A DNA stretch of 64,000 nucleotides from Lingula anatina (taxonomy: Eukaryota > Animalia > Brachiopoda), in the NCBI GenBank assembly GCA_051362555.1, contig CM120643.1, forward strand, positions 13,800,644 to 13,864,643, written 5' to 3'. Shown here one piece after another: positions 1 through 11,590 of the stretch. Position numbers and translations under genes: made by a program. The notes under the pieces were generated by a model, which was not told where the DNA came from, did not search any database, and saw only the letters and a program-made list of their open reading frames with translations. The number at the start of each line of letters is the position of its first letter. The first letter of the stretch is position 1.

Positions 1-11
1 CCGGCAACAAC

Positions 12-482
12 ATGGATCTTTTGGGCGTATTACTTTGGCTGTGCTTACCTGCAAGATGGATGGCAGGTGAGATCAACGTGTTCGTGTGGGGGAACTCGAC
101 TGAGGAGAATTTCACCAGCTGTGTTATGTTATAAGAATAAAGTAGTTTTTTTTCTTTTTCTTTTTTTGTCTAACAGGATATCTTCACCAGGGAATGAGGC
201 TACCATATGGAGATACACTATTTCAATATTGAGCTGCTGACTGAAGAAAAATTACTTTATTCTTTGGGGGCAGTCGTGTTTATAATATACGAGACAAATT
301 CAGTTTTTCTACACCTGTGCTCAACATGCATGTATTTATAGTAAAGCAGTCTGTTTTATGTTTCCACGCGTATCGAGGTAAATTTGGCATAGCAAAAATA
401 CAGGATCCGCCTCTGTGTGTGTGTGTGTGTGTATGTGTGTGTGTGTGTGTGTGTGTGCGTGCGTGTGTGTGTGTGTGTGTGC

Positions 483-519
<37 letters not shown>

Positions 520-1621
520 CAGGCGAGGAATTTGGGGTGGGGTAAAATAAGTGCTCATTCATATTGAAACTGTCGGCCTACGTATATCGATTCAACTCCC
601 CGGGGACTCTTGCTGAATGCAATTAGTTTGACAGAGAAACACGGCTCCTCCTGGCGTTGAGTGGACCACAGATAAGCTGGTGATTATACGAGTACGTTGG
701 GAACAAGACAAATCTAATTTTTATGCCTGTGCTCTGCATGTATCGTTCTACGTAGACCGTTTGTTTTAATGGGAATGCGACATATAAAATGCCACAGTGT
801 TCGGCTTAACAAGTCACACAGGTTAGACCTCATGCATGAAACAGCCAGTGTTTGAAACTTTCGAGAATATGTGTAACAAATGGCGTGCATAAGTGGTAGC
901 ACCACTTCTGGATAGTTGAAAAATTGACTAAACAGCGTGCTCAAACTGGTGCGTAGAAAATAAATTAGATTGAAAACACATCTATTAAGATTAACTTGGT
1001 ATAAAGCGTCTGAGCTTTTGGGTTGTGCGCCTTGTTCGGGAACTGAAAAATAAACTACAAGGATACGTGATGTTCTTTGTTTATTCTTTTTAGTCCCTGA
1101 TGAAGGCACACTAGCCGAAAGCCTGGGAGCTGTATACAAATCAGGCCTACCGTTGATCTTAAGAGAGTTTTCAATTTAATTTTTTCTATTTCTTACATGT
1201 ACACATACGGAAAAATTAGTATTATTACGAGTATAAGGAAAAACGCGGCTTTTGAATCCATAACCCTGCCTATTACAGTGCTTTCCTCAGGTGCAGTGAC
1301 CATGACGAGAAAGGTGACATTGGTCCAGAGGAGTCTGCAGAACATAGTCGGGTCATCCCCAAAAATTGAAGTAAAAAGTTTTGAGAACTGGGCCGAGTCA
1401 CTTAAAGAGGACGTTGTATTCACGGCCAGCCCAAAGTCGGTGAGAGAGGTAATGCCCAGCGGTTAAATTTATGGAACGAAATCTGCACATGTGTGTTGTT
1501 AATATAATCAATTAAATGTATAATTTTTAAAAATATTTTGCACATATATATATAGTTAAACGTCCGATGTTCATAATATAAATTTCATTCGTCTTCTTAT
1601 CCATTATTTAATTAACTCGTC

Positions 1622-1653
<32 letters not shown>

Positions 1654-4600
1654 TTAGCTCACACAAGTAACCTCAAGAATCCTTATGTCCTAACTTTTAC
1701 ATACAGATCCAGAGGATCGTGTTTGCTGCTCTCCTCTGCAGAAAGAATGTCCGAGTTGTGGGTAGCACTCACTCTTGGTCTTCTCTGTTCACCGACTCGG
1801 AACAAATTCAGATAAATTTGGGCAACATGACATTAGAGGGAGGAAAGAGAGTGATCCTCCAGCCCGGGGTAAGATGTATTAAAGAATAATGACAGAAATG
1901 GCCTCTAATTTACATTGTATTGTATTGTATTGTATTGTATTGTATTGTATTGTATTGTAATCCTTATTAAGTATGAGAATTCCATAATATTGCATTTTTC
2001 TGTGTTTGGGAATTTTTTCCAGGAATATCCAGGATATAGGACGGTAAGAATCGCGCCAGGTGTGACAGTGGGTGAACTGAACGACTTGATTGTACCTCTA
2101 GGTTTTACCTTGCGCTCAGGGCCTAGCATTAAGGAGGCAACTGTTTTGGGTGCCATAGCAACATCATCTCATGTGAGTAAATTATTCGACCAATGAGCGC
2201 CTTGAGAAGTCTTTCTGTTCTTGACATCATATTTTCTGCGCAATTTATAAAAACGCATTTGCTATAACGATCCATTATTCCATTAAGCGTAGGTTCAAAT
2301 ATTTTGGTTTCCTCTCCTCACAGTCGAAGGTGGTTGATTAAATTCACCAATTTGTATATTTGATTCGATTAATTATATCAATTTAAGGCCGGAACAAAAA
2401 TCCATAAATGGTTAACGAGCGCGACCAACCCTCATTTTGAGTCACTTAGACTTTTCGCACCTTTTCTTTTTTTCTTGTTTTAATGGGACAAATTGACAAT
2501 TGACATTACCATCCCCTACAAATAGTTTTATAGGGAAAAAATACCAACCGTCTCTAAAATTTAGGTTGCCTAACTACGCTCCCGATTGTTTGATCGTTTT
2601 TGAAGTGTTGGTGAGTGCAGCATTTAATCGGTATAAATAAGGTGGTTTAGCATCATATGTTTAAAAAAACGAAATCGAAAAAAAATCCGTGTACTTATCT
2701 TGTCAACAGAAAGTCAGTTGTCGTTTACCATTGATTAAATTTTGTCTGGCCTTATCTCACAAAATACCGATGTGGGAGAGATATTGGTGTTTTAAAGAAT
2801 GATGTTATGTAAGTCATATCATTTTTACAAAAATGTAACTGCTGATTATTTTTAAGGGTGCAATGGTCAATGAACCAGCAATAGGTGAATACATGACAGG
2901 AGCAAGGATCGTGGATGGATGGGGCAAGATACTGGCTTTCAATGAGGATACGGACCCCGAAGTTTTAAAAGCACTGCGCTGTAACTTGGGACTTCTCGGA
3001 GTGGTCTTTGAATTTGAATTAAAAGTGAGTTGCTTTAGCGGTCTTTTTTTTTATGAACATACACCACAACATATTAAACATCTACTATATGTTAAAATAA
3101 GAGTGAATTCAGAACAGATAATCTGCGGACTAACTGATCCGCCGACTAAATATGGCCATCTCCACTTAAACGCAAGCCGCCCTTTACTCTGATGGTCTCC
3201 CCGCCTCCACACGCGCCATTTAACCGATTAAATCTCGGCTCCGGGAAGACCATCAGGGAATTAGCGGCATCCCTTTAATGCAGATCGGCCATATTTAGTC
3301 CGCGGATCTGTTAGTCCGCGGATGAACTTGTTCTGAATGCGGTCTAATTTTGTATCATCCGAGATAGCCCGAAATCTATTGCTTTTGAGACTTATATACA
3401 GCGCATACAGACCAAATATCTGTGGCAGACCTATTTTTTGTACCTGCATTTCACACTTCTACCAGTCTGTACTACACTTACAGTAATTCTTTGTCCCAAG
3501 CTCATATTCATCTTAGCCCCTACGAAGACCCCTCTGATCCGGAATTTCAGAGAAGTGCTATCTCCTTTATTTCAGATTTTCCCGCAGGAACAAGTTAACT
3601 CGTGCGGTATCCTTACCCCATTGAAGACGCTTTTCAATCCGGAATTTCTGAGAAATGCTGTTTCCAAGAACAATTTTGTCTTAATTCTGTCGGCATCCTA
3701 TAGTTCACTAACGGAGAAAGAAGCAAGGTCAGTGTTGGAGACGGGGAAGGTTCCGACCACGTGGGATAGCGGCAATGACATAGTTTTAATTAAGTAAGTG
3801 TGCTTTATATCCAACTATACTGTATTTACACTTCTGTATACTTACATATATATATAAAGTAAGAAAAAGAACTGGTTGCAAAATGCGTACTGACGCTTTC
3901 CTATGGTTGCAAAATGCGTACTGACGCTTTCCTTTGGTTGCAAAATGCGTACTGACGTTTTCCTTTGGTTGCAAAATGCATATAGCAATGCGAAATGCGG
4001 CTCTACACATCTTATTTTTATACCAATAAGAAAACCTCCTCCCTGAATGAAGTAAAACCAAGTTTTTTAATACGCAAAACTACAATTAGTCAAGACTTGA
4101 ATGGAACCTGAATATCAAGAAAGATGGACCCCAAATTTTGCCCCCAACTCCTCCCCACTCCCCACTCCCTTGGAGTCAAAAAATAAGGGTGTATTCCCAG
4201 AGATTTAGATCGATCCAGGGATTAAGATTTAGATCGACCTAACTCCCTGGGGGTTCATGCTAAATTGCAGTCAGCCGAGCGCGCACCATAGTTAATTACC
4301 TCCTTACAGCTTTCAGTAGGCGGGACAGACGCTTAAGCCGGCTAAGCTGATAGTAATCTAGTGAGACTCCCCACAGGGATAGATCGATCTAAAATCTATG
4401 GAAATGGGGTCTAAGAAAAGATGCAACAAAATCTGGATCCCCGACGAGGACAGAGAAACAAAACTGTACTTTTTGGTGCCCTTGTCGGTTTAAAATCCCC
4501 TTATTTATCAAGAAGAACTAAACATGTTTAAAGGGATAATAACTCTTCGTATGAAATCTGTATTTCACAATAAAAACATTGTGAGTGACTCATAAAAATA

Positions 4601-6768
4601 TAATATATTCTGTTTTCCCACAAAAACGGCTGTTATAGCTTTTATTCTGATATCTGAGCTTGTCTTTAGACCACGTGACCTCCATTGATGGCTATACTAT
4701 GTTAAAATCTCTTAAGAGATTTTAACAAAAAACCAAACTTTTTAGAAAAAAACCAGGGACTAACTTTGAATGTAAAAATGGATTCATTAACCATTGGTAA
4801 GTATGGGAAAATTGTTGTTTACTCCAGGAAAATTCATTTTTTGGCCAAAACGAAGAGTTATTATCACTTTAAATACAGACGTGGACACCGAACAACACGG
4901 ATTACACCAGTAAATATATGGAGAAATTGAAAACCCATACACGTGAGAAAAATGGATTACATAAATTGGTATAATGGAAGAGATGGTGACGACGACGTCG
5001 ACGATGATGATGATGATGATGAATATATGGTTAAATATTTTGGTTGTAATTCAGTATTGTAGATCCAGACGCCACGCCTGATAGTCTGAATACCTCTGAT
5101 GATCCACTGCCGGAGGACGTGACGGTCGTTTCGACGGGACAGGTATACCACCAGCGGTATTATGTCTTGTTGTTGTTTGTCACATTATTTGCAGCCTTTT
5201 TATGTGGAGGCACAGTACAACCCCCCCCCCCCCCTCCCCCCCCCCCCCCCCCCCCCCCCCCCGAATTTTTTTGGCCTTGACATGTTTCATACCTTTACCT
5301 ACGTGGAGTATTTGGCGAATTTCTCGTATTATTACATGTTTTCCCTTGGACCATGTACCTGTATTTTGTAGATGAAGGTATAATCAATGATGCCACTTAA
5401 ACAGTACTGTGCTGGACCAACAATATTATATACTTCATTACCCGACAGACACCGACATATTGTCGCCAAATATGGTCGTTAACACACTTTACGTAGTGCT
5501 GATGCTTGTTTATTGACTTTTAAGTTAATTAAAATAAACCTGGTATATTAACGAAAGTCGGCGTTCCTGGTCTTATTACCCGTGTACACGTATTTTCGTT
5601 CTTCCCATTAATTTCAGGAGTTTTATAAATTTATAAAAGGATTTCCGAGAGCCTTGAAAGGAATCAACCTTACAGACGCTATCTATCTGGACACTGCTGT
5701 CTTAGGCCCCAAGTTCCTAGCTTCAGAATACACATTCCCGGAGAAAACGGACTTCGAAAGAAGTGCAAATGCGTTGAAAGTAAATATTGTGACATAAACC
5801 AACTTTTGTAAACTCAAAGATAACGAAATCCAGGCTATGAGGGTGTAAATCCCAATATTTGCACGTGTTTTTTTTAAACTGGTACTCACTGCACCAAGTT
5901 CTGTTTTTGCAATGGCAAGTTTCTATTTTTCTCTGTATTTTCAAATTATTCTCCACGGTTAGGGCCTATCTAGCTTGAATCCAGATAAAATTACTGGCCT
6001 TTGCGCGTTTTAATTTTAATTAATTTAAAAAGCAGTTTTACATAAAACCAATGTTTCTCACCATAGGAATTCTCAAGATTCATGAACGAGAAATCCCACA
6101 CAGAGGGAATTCTGCCGTTTACTAGATTTGTAGCAAGATGGGTGAAAGGCACCGATTGTTTTCTGTGTCCAACGTCCAATCCAACCAGTCTGAAAGTTGC
6201 TGGCGACGCGGGTCATTTTACCACGTTAGGAATGGATGGGGTAATTGACACACTGCAGGAAGGCCCCGGCTTTTCGTATACCATGCATAAGGTACATTTA
6301 TCTCTCTTCTCTCTCTCTCTCTCTCGTTTACTCTGTATTATATAAAATCTCTCCTTTTCAGTGTCATTTGTTTACTTCGAGTTTCCGTGTTTTTTGTGTG
6401 CGATTGCTATGTAATAACGTGTGCTTTTTATCAAAAAATTTGAATCACTTTCATAGTCGACTATGAGGTAAATAGCAGAGGCGCATTTCCGATTAACTGA
6501 ATTTTAATTACACAACGTTCAAGTTGGAACACTAGTGTATTGTGCTTTCTTCTTTCAGCTGGTTGAAGCATGGGACAACTTGGGTCTTGAAGGAACTCTT
6601 CACTGGGGTAAAATTACCGAAGTGACAAACTTCAAAGAGAAGATCAAAACTTACTTCAGACACGACCTGGGATTCTTTGAAAATATCCGCAGGAAAATCG
6701 ATCCTCACGGCGTGTTCATGAATGATTACCTTAGTTACCTCTATGACGCCTTTAATAATGTTAACTGA
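12..6768 (+). CDS. FAD-linked oxidase of the L-gulonolactone/D-arabinono-1,4-lactone oxidase (GULO/ALO, VAO superfamily) type with predicted N-terminal signal peptide; 10 exons, ~530 aa
   Basis: GT-AG exons in consistent phase: 12-66, 1291-1448, 1707-1868, 2023-2172, 2857-3024, 3576-3793, 5055-5142 (least certain), 5618-5779, 6067-6291, 6559-6768. Motifs: FENWA, RVVGSTHSWS (FAD-linking His motif), ATVLGAIATSSHG, CNLGLLGVV, SEYTFP, GTLHWGK (HWxK) and RRKIDPHGVFMNDYL. Confidence 0.88.
414..519. repeat. (GT)n/(GA)n compound microsatellite
   Basis: Directly visible; explains the spurious HT/CV ORFs. Confidence 0.95.
1094..1128 (+). ncRNA. Degenerate minimal (Penelope-type) hammerhead ribozyme motif in intron 1 of the oxidase
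   Basis: tcc-CTGATGA-a-GGC-acacta-GCC-GAAA-gcct-ggga: core CUGAUGA, 3-bp stem II and GAAA are present; the cleavage-site region is non-canonical (GAAAGCCT rather than GAAAGCTH). Confidence 0.5.
1913..1958. repeat. (ATTGT)n pentanucleotide microsatellite
   Basis: Directly visible. Confidence 0.95.
3104..3343. mobile_element. MITE family B (termini ~GCATTCAGAACAGCGGACTAACAGATCCGCGG..AAATATGG); further copies ~15636-15820, ~29223-29408, ~46704-46875, ~47064-47221, ~60528-60703
   Basis: Imperfect terminal inverted repeats (attcagaacag...ttgttctgaatgc); dispersed similar copies in the window. Confidence 0.75.
3873..4007. repeat. ~31-bp tandem repeat (ggttgcaaaatgcgtactgacgctttcct) ending in a MITE family C terminus (aaatgcggctctacac)
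   Basis: 3.5 units visible; same terminus as the elements at 12761-13024 and 25889-26151. Confidence 0.75.
4187..4411. mobile_element. MITE family A (AGATCGATC subterminal motif, TAA-flanked, PIF/Harbinger-like); near-identical copy 30994-31220, diverged copy ~42675-42925, related sequences ~572-710 and ~21314-21562
   Basis: ttcccagagatttagatcgatc...gatcgatctaaaatctatggaaatgggg inverted ends; TAA on both sides at 4184-86 and 4412-14. Confidence 0.8.
4532..4868. mobile_element. Non-autonomous Kolobok-like DNA transposon (TTAA TSD); related copy ~44490-44838
   Basis: TTAA|AGGGATAATAACTCTTCGT ... CGAAGAGTTATTATCACT|TTAA. Confidence 0.75.
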
Positions 6769-9700
6769 TATTATGATAACATTGAAAAATATTATTAATG
6801 CTAGCAAACTTATCGGAATGAAGGCCCATCACGATGTTCACAGCGGGTTCAGATAAACCGAATTCCGAGAGAATGGACTCATATGTAACTTCATTACCTC
6901 CTTCTTGTTTCACGAGTGGCTGTTGTGGAAGAAGAGCTAAATTATTGATATAAATCATATTTTATCTCTATTTTCATATACCGAAGATAAAGAGATGAAT
7001 TAGTATATGCATGTAGTTGCTGTTTTGCTGTTATTCATATTTACACATAATTTTCCAAATAAAGCATAACTTTCTTTTAAATTAATTACACGAAGAGTCG
7101 ATTCAAAAACTAATTAGGAGACGACGTGAAGTATACATTTTTAACACCGGTGAAGAATAGATGAATGTCTGTAATTAGCGACATTATCACCAGAAGATTT
7201 TATGGCTATTTATGACAGTTACACCCTTGAGGTGATCATTTGTTAATAAAAGCACTTGGAATTGGAGGTGTGACAACTGTGACCAATGATGTATAGAAGA
7301 TTTGTAGCACAGGCATTTATTTTTGTTCTGGAAAAAATCCAGTGATCAAACCTCAGTTGATCTTATTTTGATCACGATTGCACATCGGCTGACATTGCTG
7401 ATGTGCTGTTTTCTTTTTCAAATTATCTACTTAACTACTTCATTTATTCACAGTTTATAAGGTTGCTACATATTAATAGAATAATATGATATATCAGGAT
7501 TAGTTTAGCAAAAAACATACCTCAAGTAACTTTTCTGAAAACATTAATTGCCACAATTTGTACTTTATTTCTAAATTAGGAAACACGTATTGTTCACATA
7601 AAATTTTTAATGCGTGACAAATTCTATGATCCAAGGATTAAAATAAGCGATAAGCATTGTACAGTAGTCGTTGTCAAACAATGCACACCAGCATTATTAC
7701 GTCACCGTTTCCCCTGCTTTTTATTAGTCTTTGACGTGTAAGTATGTTTTCATAATGATTGTCAAAGTTTGGGTGAATGAAAGAAAAGGGAAGAAAAATT
7801 CCTCGCTTCAGCCTTAAGCCCTGCACCTGTGGCTCCAAGTCCAAAAACTCAATGCTGGAATTACATTGTAGGTCTCTATCAAAATTGAAGGGTGAAGCGA
7901 CATCACAGTTTACATCCCCAAAAGGTCACACGAAAACATATTTTAAAAGCAATTTGTGTCTGAATTAAAAAAAGATTCATTGATGACTGGCTGGTCTTGC
8001 AATTAATCACTGCAATGGGCCATATCAATGGAAATTTGTAATTTTGGGGAACTATCCATGTACAGAAGAGGACGGGGCACATGTACATTCTATGATAAGC
8101 AAACAAACAAACAACAACAAAAAAAAAAAAAAAAAAAAAACAGCAAGTGTGAGACAGACATATTTAATCACATTTCTGAAGAGACTGCAGGTGAAGCCCC
8201 AAAATGTGATGAATGGGAATTCCTGGGTGTTTGGTATTTTCACTGCCTTCTCTTAAAGGCATCGGACCCAGCAACGGAAGATTTGATATTGGTGTATCTG
8301 AGTCGAGAGACTTTGTGCTATTTAGTGACTTTAATCATAGAAATAGAAAGAGGTTTTTCTGGTTCTATGCTTTAATTAATGGTAACCAGAATCTAGTGTC
8401 TATTTTGTAAAATTATTCAAGCAACCAGAAACTAGAATCCTTTATGCAGGAGGGGGGAAAGGGGGAGGGGTGGTCGAAATAAATGTTGATATAAACGTTT
8501 TAGGCAAAGAATTCGAGATCAGATTCTCTAACTAATCACGATAAAGGCCTAAAGTTTCCCGTGTTCGAGGCCATACAAAAATGACTTAAGTTAAAAATTA
8601 AAAATGTTCTAAAAATAAATGTGGCAGCGTAATAAACTGTGCATGAATTAAAGGATTTGCTTCATACCGTCAGAATGGCCTCAACGGAACATATTCTTCA
8701 GAAAACATGCCCAACTAACGATATCTTTATCCAAATACACAAATTAAAAGCTCATTTTGTAAATTTTTGGCTTTAAAAAACGTCCTATTTGCTCGGCCTG
8801 GGAGTTAATGAGCTACGTGGTCACGTGGTCCGATGACGACAATCGAGCCACTGGAGAACAGAGCGTGCTTAGCTGTCAAACTGAGCTGCATTGTCTACCT
8901 GTAAGATGACTTCTCTGGCTTCTGATAAAAGTTAATACTCATTCAAATCTCTTACCCGAGGGATCTAAATCCTCATGAAGCTGTGTAAAACCATTCCCGT
9001 CTAGTCAATTCTTTAACGAGCATTTAATTATGGTTATCCCAAGTTGTATAAAACACTGCATTTGAATGAGTAAAGGGTACTGTGGATTATTGCATATGAG
9101 GGCCATGTTATTTGTGAAATTCAATTAATTTTATTAAAACGCTGACACTCCGTCTTGGATACTTTTCTTAAACTGAGGTAAACGATGCCCGTTACCTGTA
9201 CAAGTCCCATCTTAATCATCCATCTAACTGGAACTTCCTTTACCTCTAAATTAGAGGGTTAAATGGCTGGCGATATTTATCTCAGGTAAAAATCTACCTG
9301 TGCTTTAGTTTCAAAGAGCAGCTCTCGCAGACCTGGGGGTACTAGATAAAATCTGAACACCGGGTTTATTGAGGAGCTAGAGAAACAAAGGAAGAATTTT
9401 TCCTGCACAGCTTCATAGGAATTTTAGCACGGACTTGATCCAGCTTAGACCTTCTAATTAACAGGGTGACATGGGCAATTTTCAAATACAAAATAAACAA
9501 ATAATAAAACTATATTTCAGTTAGCCTCCTCTTAAATAAATATACCGTTCTGGATAAATTAGAACATTTATTAAATCGACAGAAAATTTTTGACTTAAAT
9601 GATGATTTTATTATTAATGGAAATTAAGCTACTATATGTGGCACATTTGCTGAGATTACACTGTTCTTGATGTTTTGCGTTAGTCTACATTTTGCTGTGC

Positions 9701-11057
9701 GTGCTTGGAATTTTTTTATTTTTTATACTCACGTATGTAAAACTGCACATTTAGTAAACATTCAAGTTATGATTTTTTCCATGCTACTTATAGCAAACAA
9801 TGCTCTTTTACCTTGATCTGCTACATGTTTTTGGGTTTGACAAAGCATACAAATTTGCAAAAAGTTTTGTGTACAGACGCAGAACTTGTATTTCAAGGTA
9901 TAAAATGATAAATCTTTTAAATTATTTTATACTTCAGATGAAATAACATTCAGAAACAAATCCTCAAAGCATAAACGAATTAGGATTACGAACCATTTTA
10001 GTACATAAGTTCCAATTTTTTTCTTTAATATACCGCTCTTTTTTTCTGTTTGTTCTTCAACACGTTTTCTTCCACGGAAGTAATGCCTGGGCATACGCAT
10101 GCTTCAAGTTACCCTGAGAGCAATTACTTTTATTAATGTTCGCGACGGTGTTTGAACTCAATTGTTTAAATATTGATATTAAACGTCATTTACAAATACC
10201 AATAAAATCACCCCATGAAATAAATGAGATATTTCTATAAAAAAGCATTGTGAATTTTTTACAATATTCGTTCTATTCCAGCCGAATCCCACGAATGTTC
10301 GTAACACTATCGCACTTGTATCATAACTGAATCGTAGAGCGTGTCGATTTGGCCAGAAAATTTGCAAGATCTCACGAATCTTCACGAATTCTGAAATTTG
10401 TCAATTCCTGGCGATTCGTGGGATTCGTGGTCTGTGTGAAATAGGGGCATAACTCGAAAGCATCGCGCATTGCGACCGAGCGCAAGCGTCTCGATTCCAT
10501 AAATGGCCCATACTCGCCCCATATATAATACATTGTAGCATCTGTGTGATAACACTATTCGCAATACGCGATGCTTTCGGGTTACGGAGGCCATGTTTGA
10601 ACCATATATGTTATGTATTAATGTATATCATAATGATTATGGAATGTAAATGGTAAATTAGGATTTAATGTAAAAAAAGTGTGTCAGACTGGTCCGCCGT
10701 GTCCTCCTTATGGACATATACTTTTAAGTTCACCGTTCACCGAATCGAAATGCACGATAGCACGCCGAACGGGTCATGTTGTCATACAAAGAAAAGATTT
10801 CCGCACCTAAAATAACGGAATAGGCTGAAACTACTGCGCATGAGGTGAAATCAAAGAATGGACTTTCCACGCGCAAGCTGTTCAGTTCTGTTCAGTTCGA
10901 AATCCTATAGCTATAGGTTCATTTTCTTTTGTGTGGTTTGCGATTATGTGCCTATTGTCAGAGACATGGGTCAACGGATTTCCTTGAGTAGTTGGCCGAT
11001 TCAGCGTGCATCCAATGCACGGTCCCAGCATTCCTTTTCTTTTGATACCGGTCGCAC

Positions 11058-11225
11058 CAGGGGCGGGTCCGGAGATACTATTTGACAGTCTTCCAAATTA
11101 TCTTTGTTGACCCCGCCTCCATTTTTGACTGTCTTCCGACAGAAAAATTTAAATATCCGTGAGTGTTAACTTGAAAATCTGACCGTCTTTCTGAAGACCC
11201 AGAAGACGGCCTCAACCCGCCCCTG
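11058..11225. mobile_element. MITE with CAGGGGCGG termini (hAT5-like, 5-bp TSD); copies 21111-21286 and 45811-46041 (opposite orientation, TSD TCAAT, internal (AT)n)
   Basis: TIR caggggcgg...ccgcccctg; perfect TCAAT duplication at 45806-10 / 46042-46. Confidence 0.8.
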
Positions 11226-11590
11226 CATACGGTACTTATTACATGTATCATTAACTCAAAAACAGCTATCTGATTTTCAGTACAAGACGGTGGCATTATT
11301 AGCGGTACAAATGATATTTACCAGTCTCCAAATTGAGAAACCTAGAGCTAAAACGGATTTATAACTTGCCAACGGGGACCTATTTGACGTTCACTACACA
11401 TGCTGACAAGACACGGTTTGCAAGAAGAAACGCACGAAAGATTTACAGAAAACAGAAAAAGTCGGCCTGGCGTGTAAAATACCAACTTCACTGACTAAAT
11501 GTGCTGTGAAATACGCAGGATATCATCTCGGCCTTTTGCTTTTTATTGAGGAAAAGCAACGAAGGAACAGAGGCGAAGCGATTTATAAAG

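Noticed and set aside
177-235. Strong-looking acceptor (ttttttgtctaacag) as a possible oxidase exon 2
   Set aside because: In-frame stop follows in the required phase; exon 1 joins 1291 cleanly.
280-562. ORFs rich in HT/CV dipeptides
   Set aside because: Translations of the (GT)n microsatellite.
3873-3980. Regular ~31-bp repeats resembling a CRISPR array
   Set aside because: Head-to-tail repeats without unique spacers, eukaryotic context, part of a MITE.
5162-5371. Poly-proline ORF
   Set aside because: Derived from the intronic poly-C tract.
8028-8410. Overlapping ORFs conserved in both duplicate copies
   Set aside because: Frames differ between copies (indels), no recognisable motif; conservation only reflects the recent duplication.
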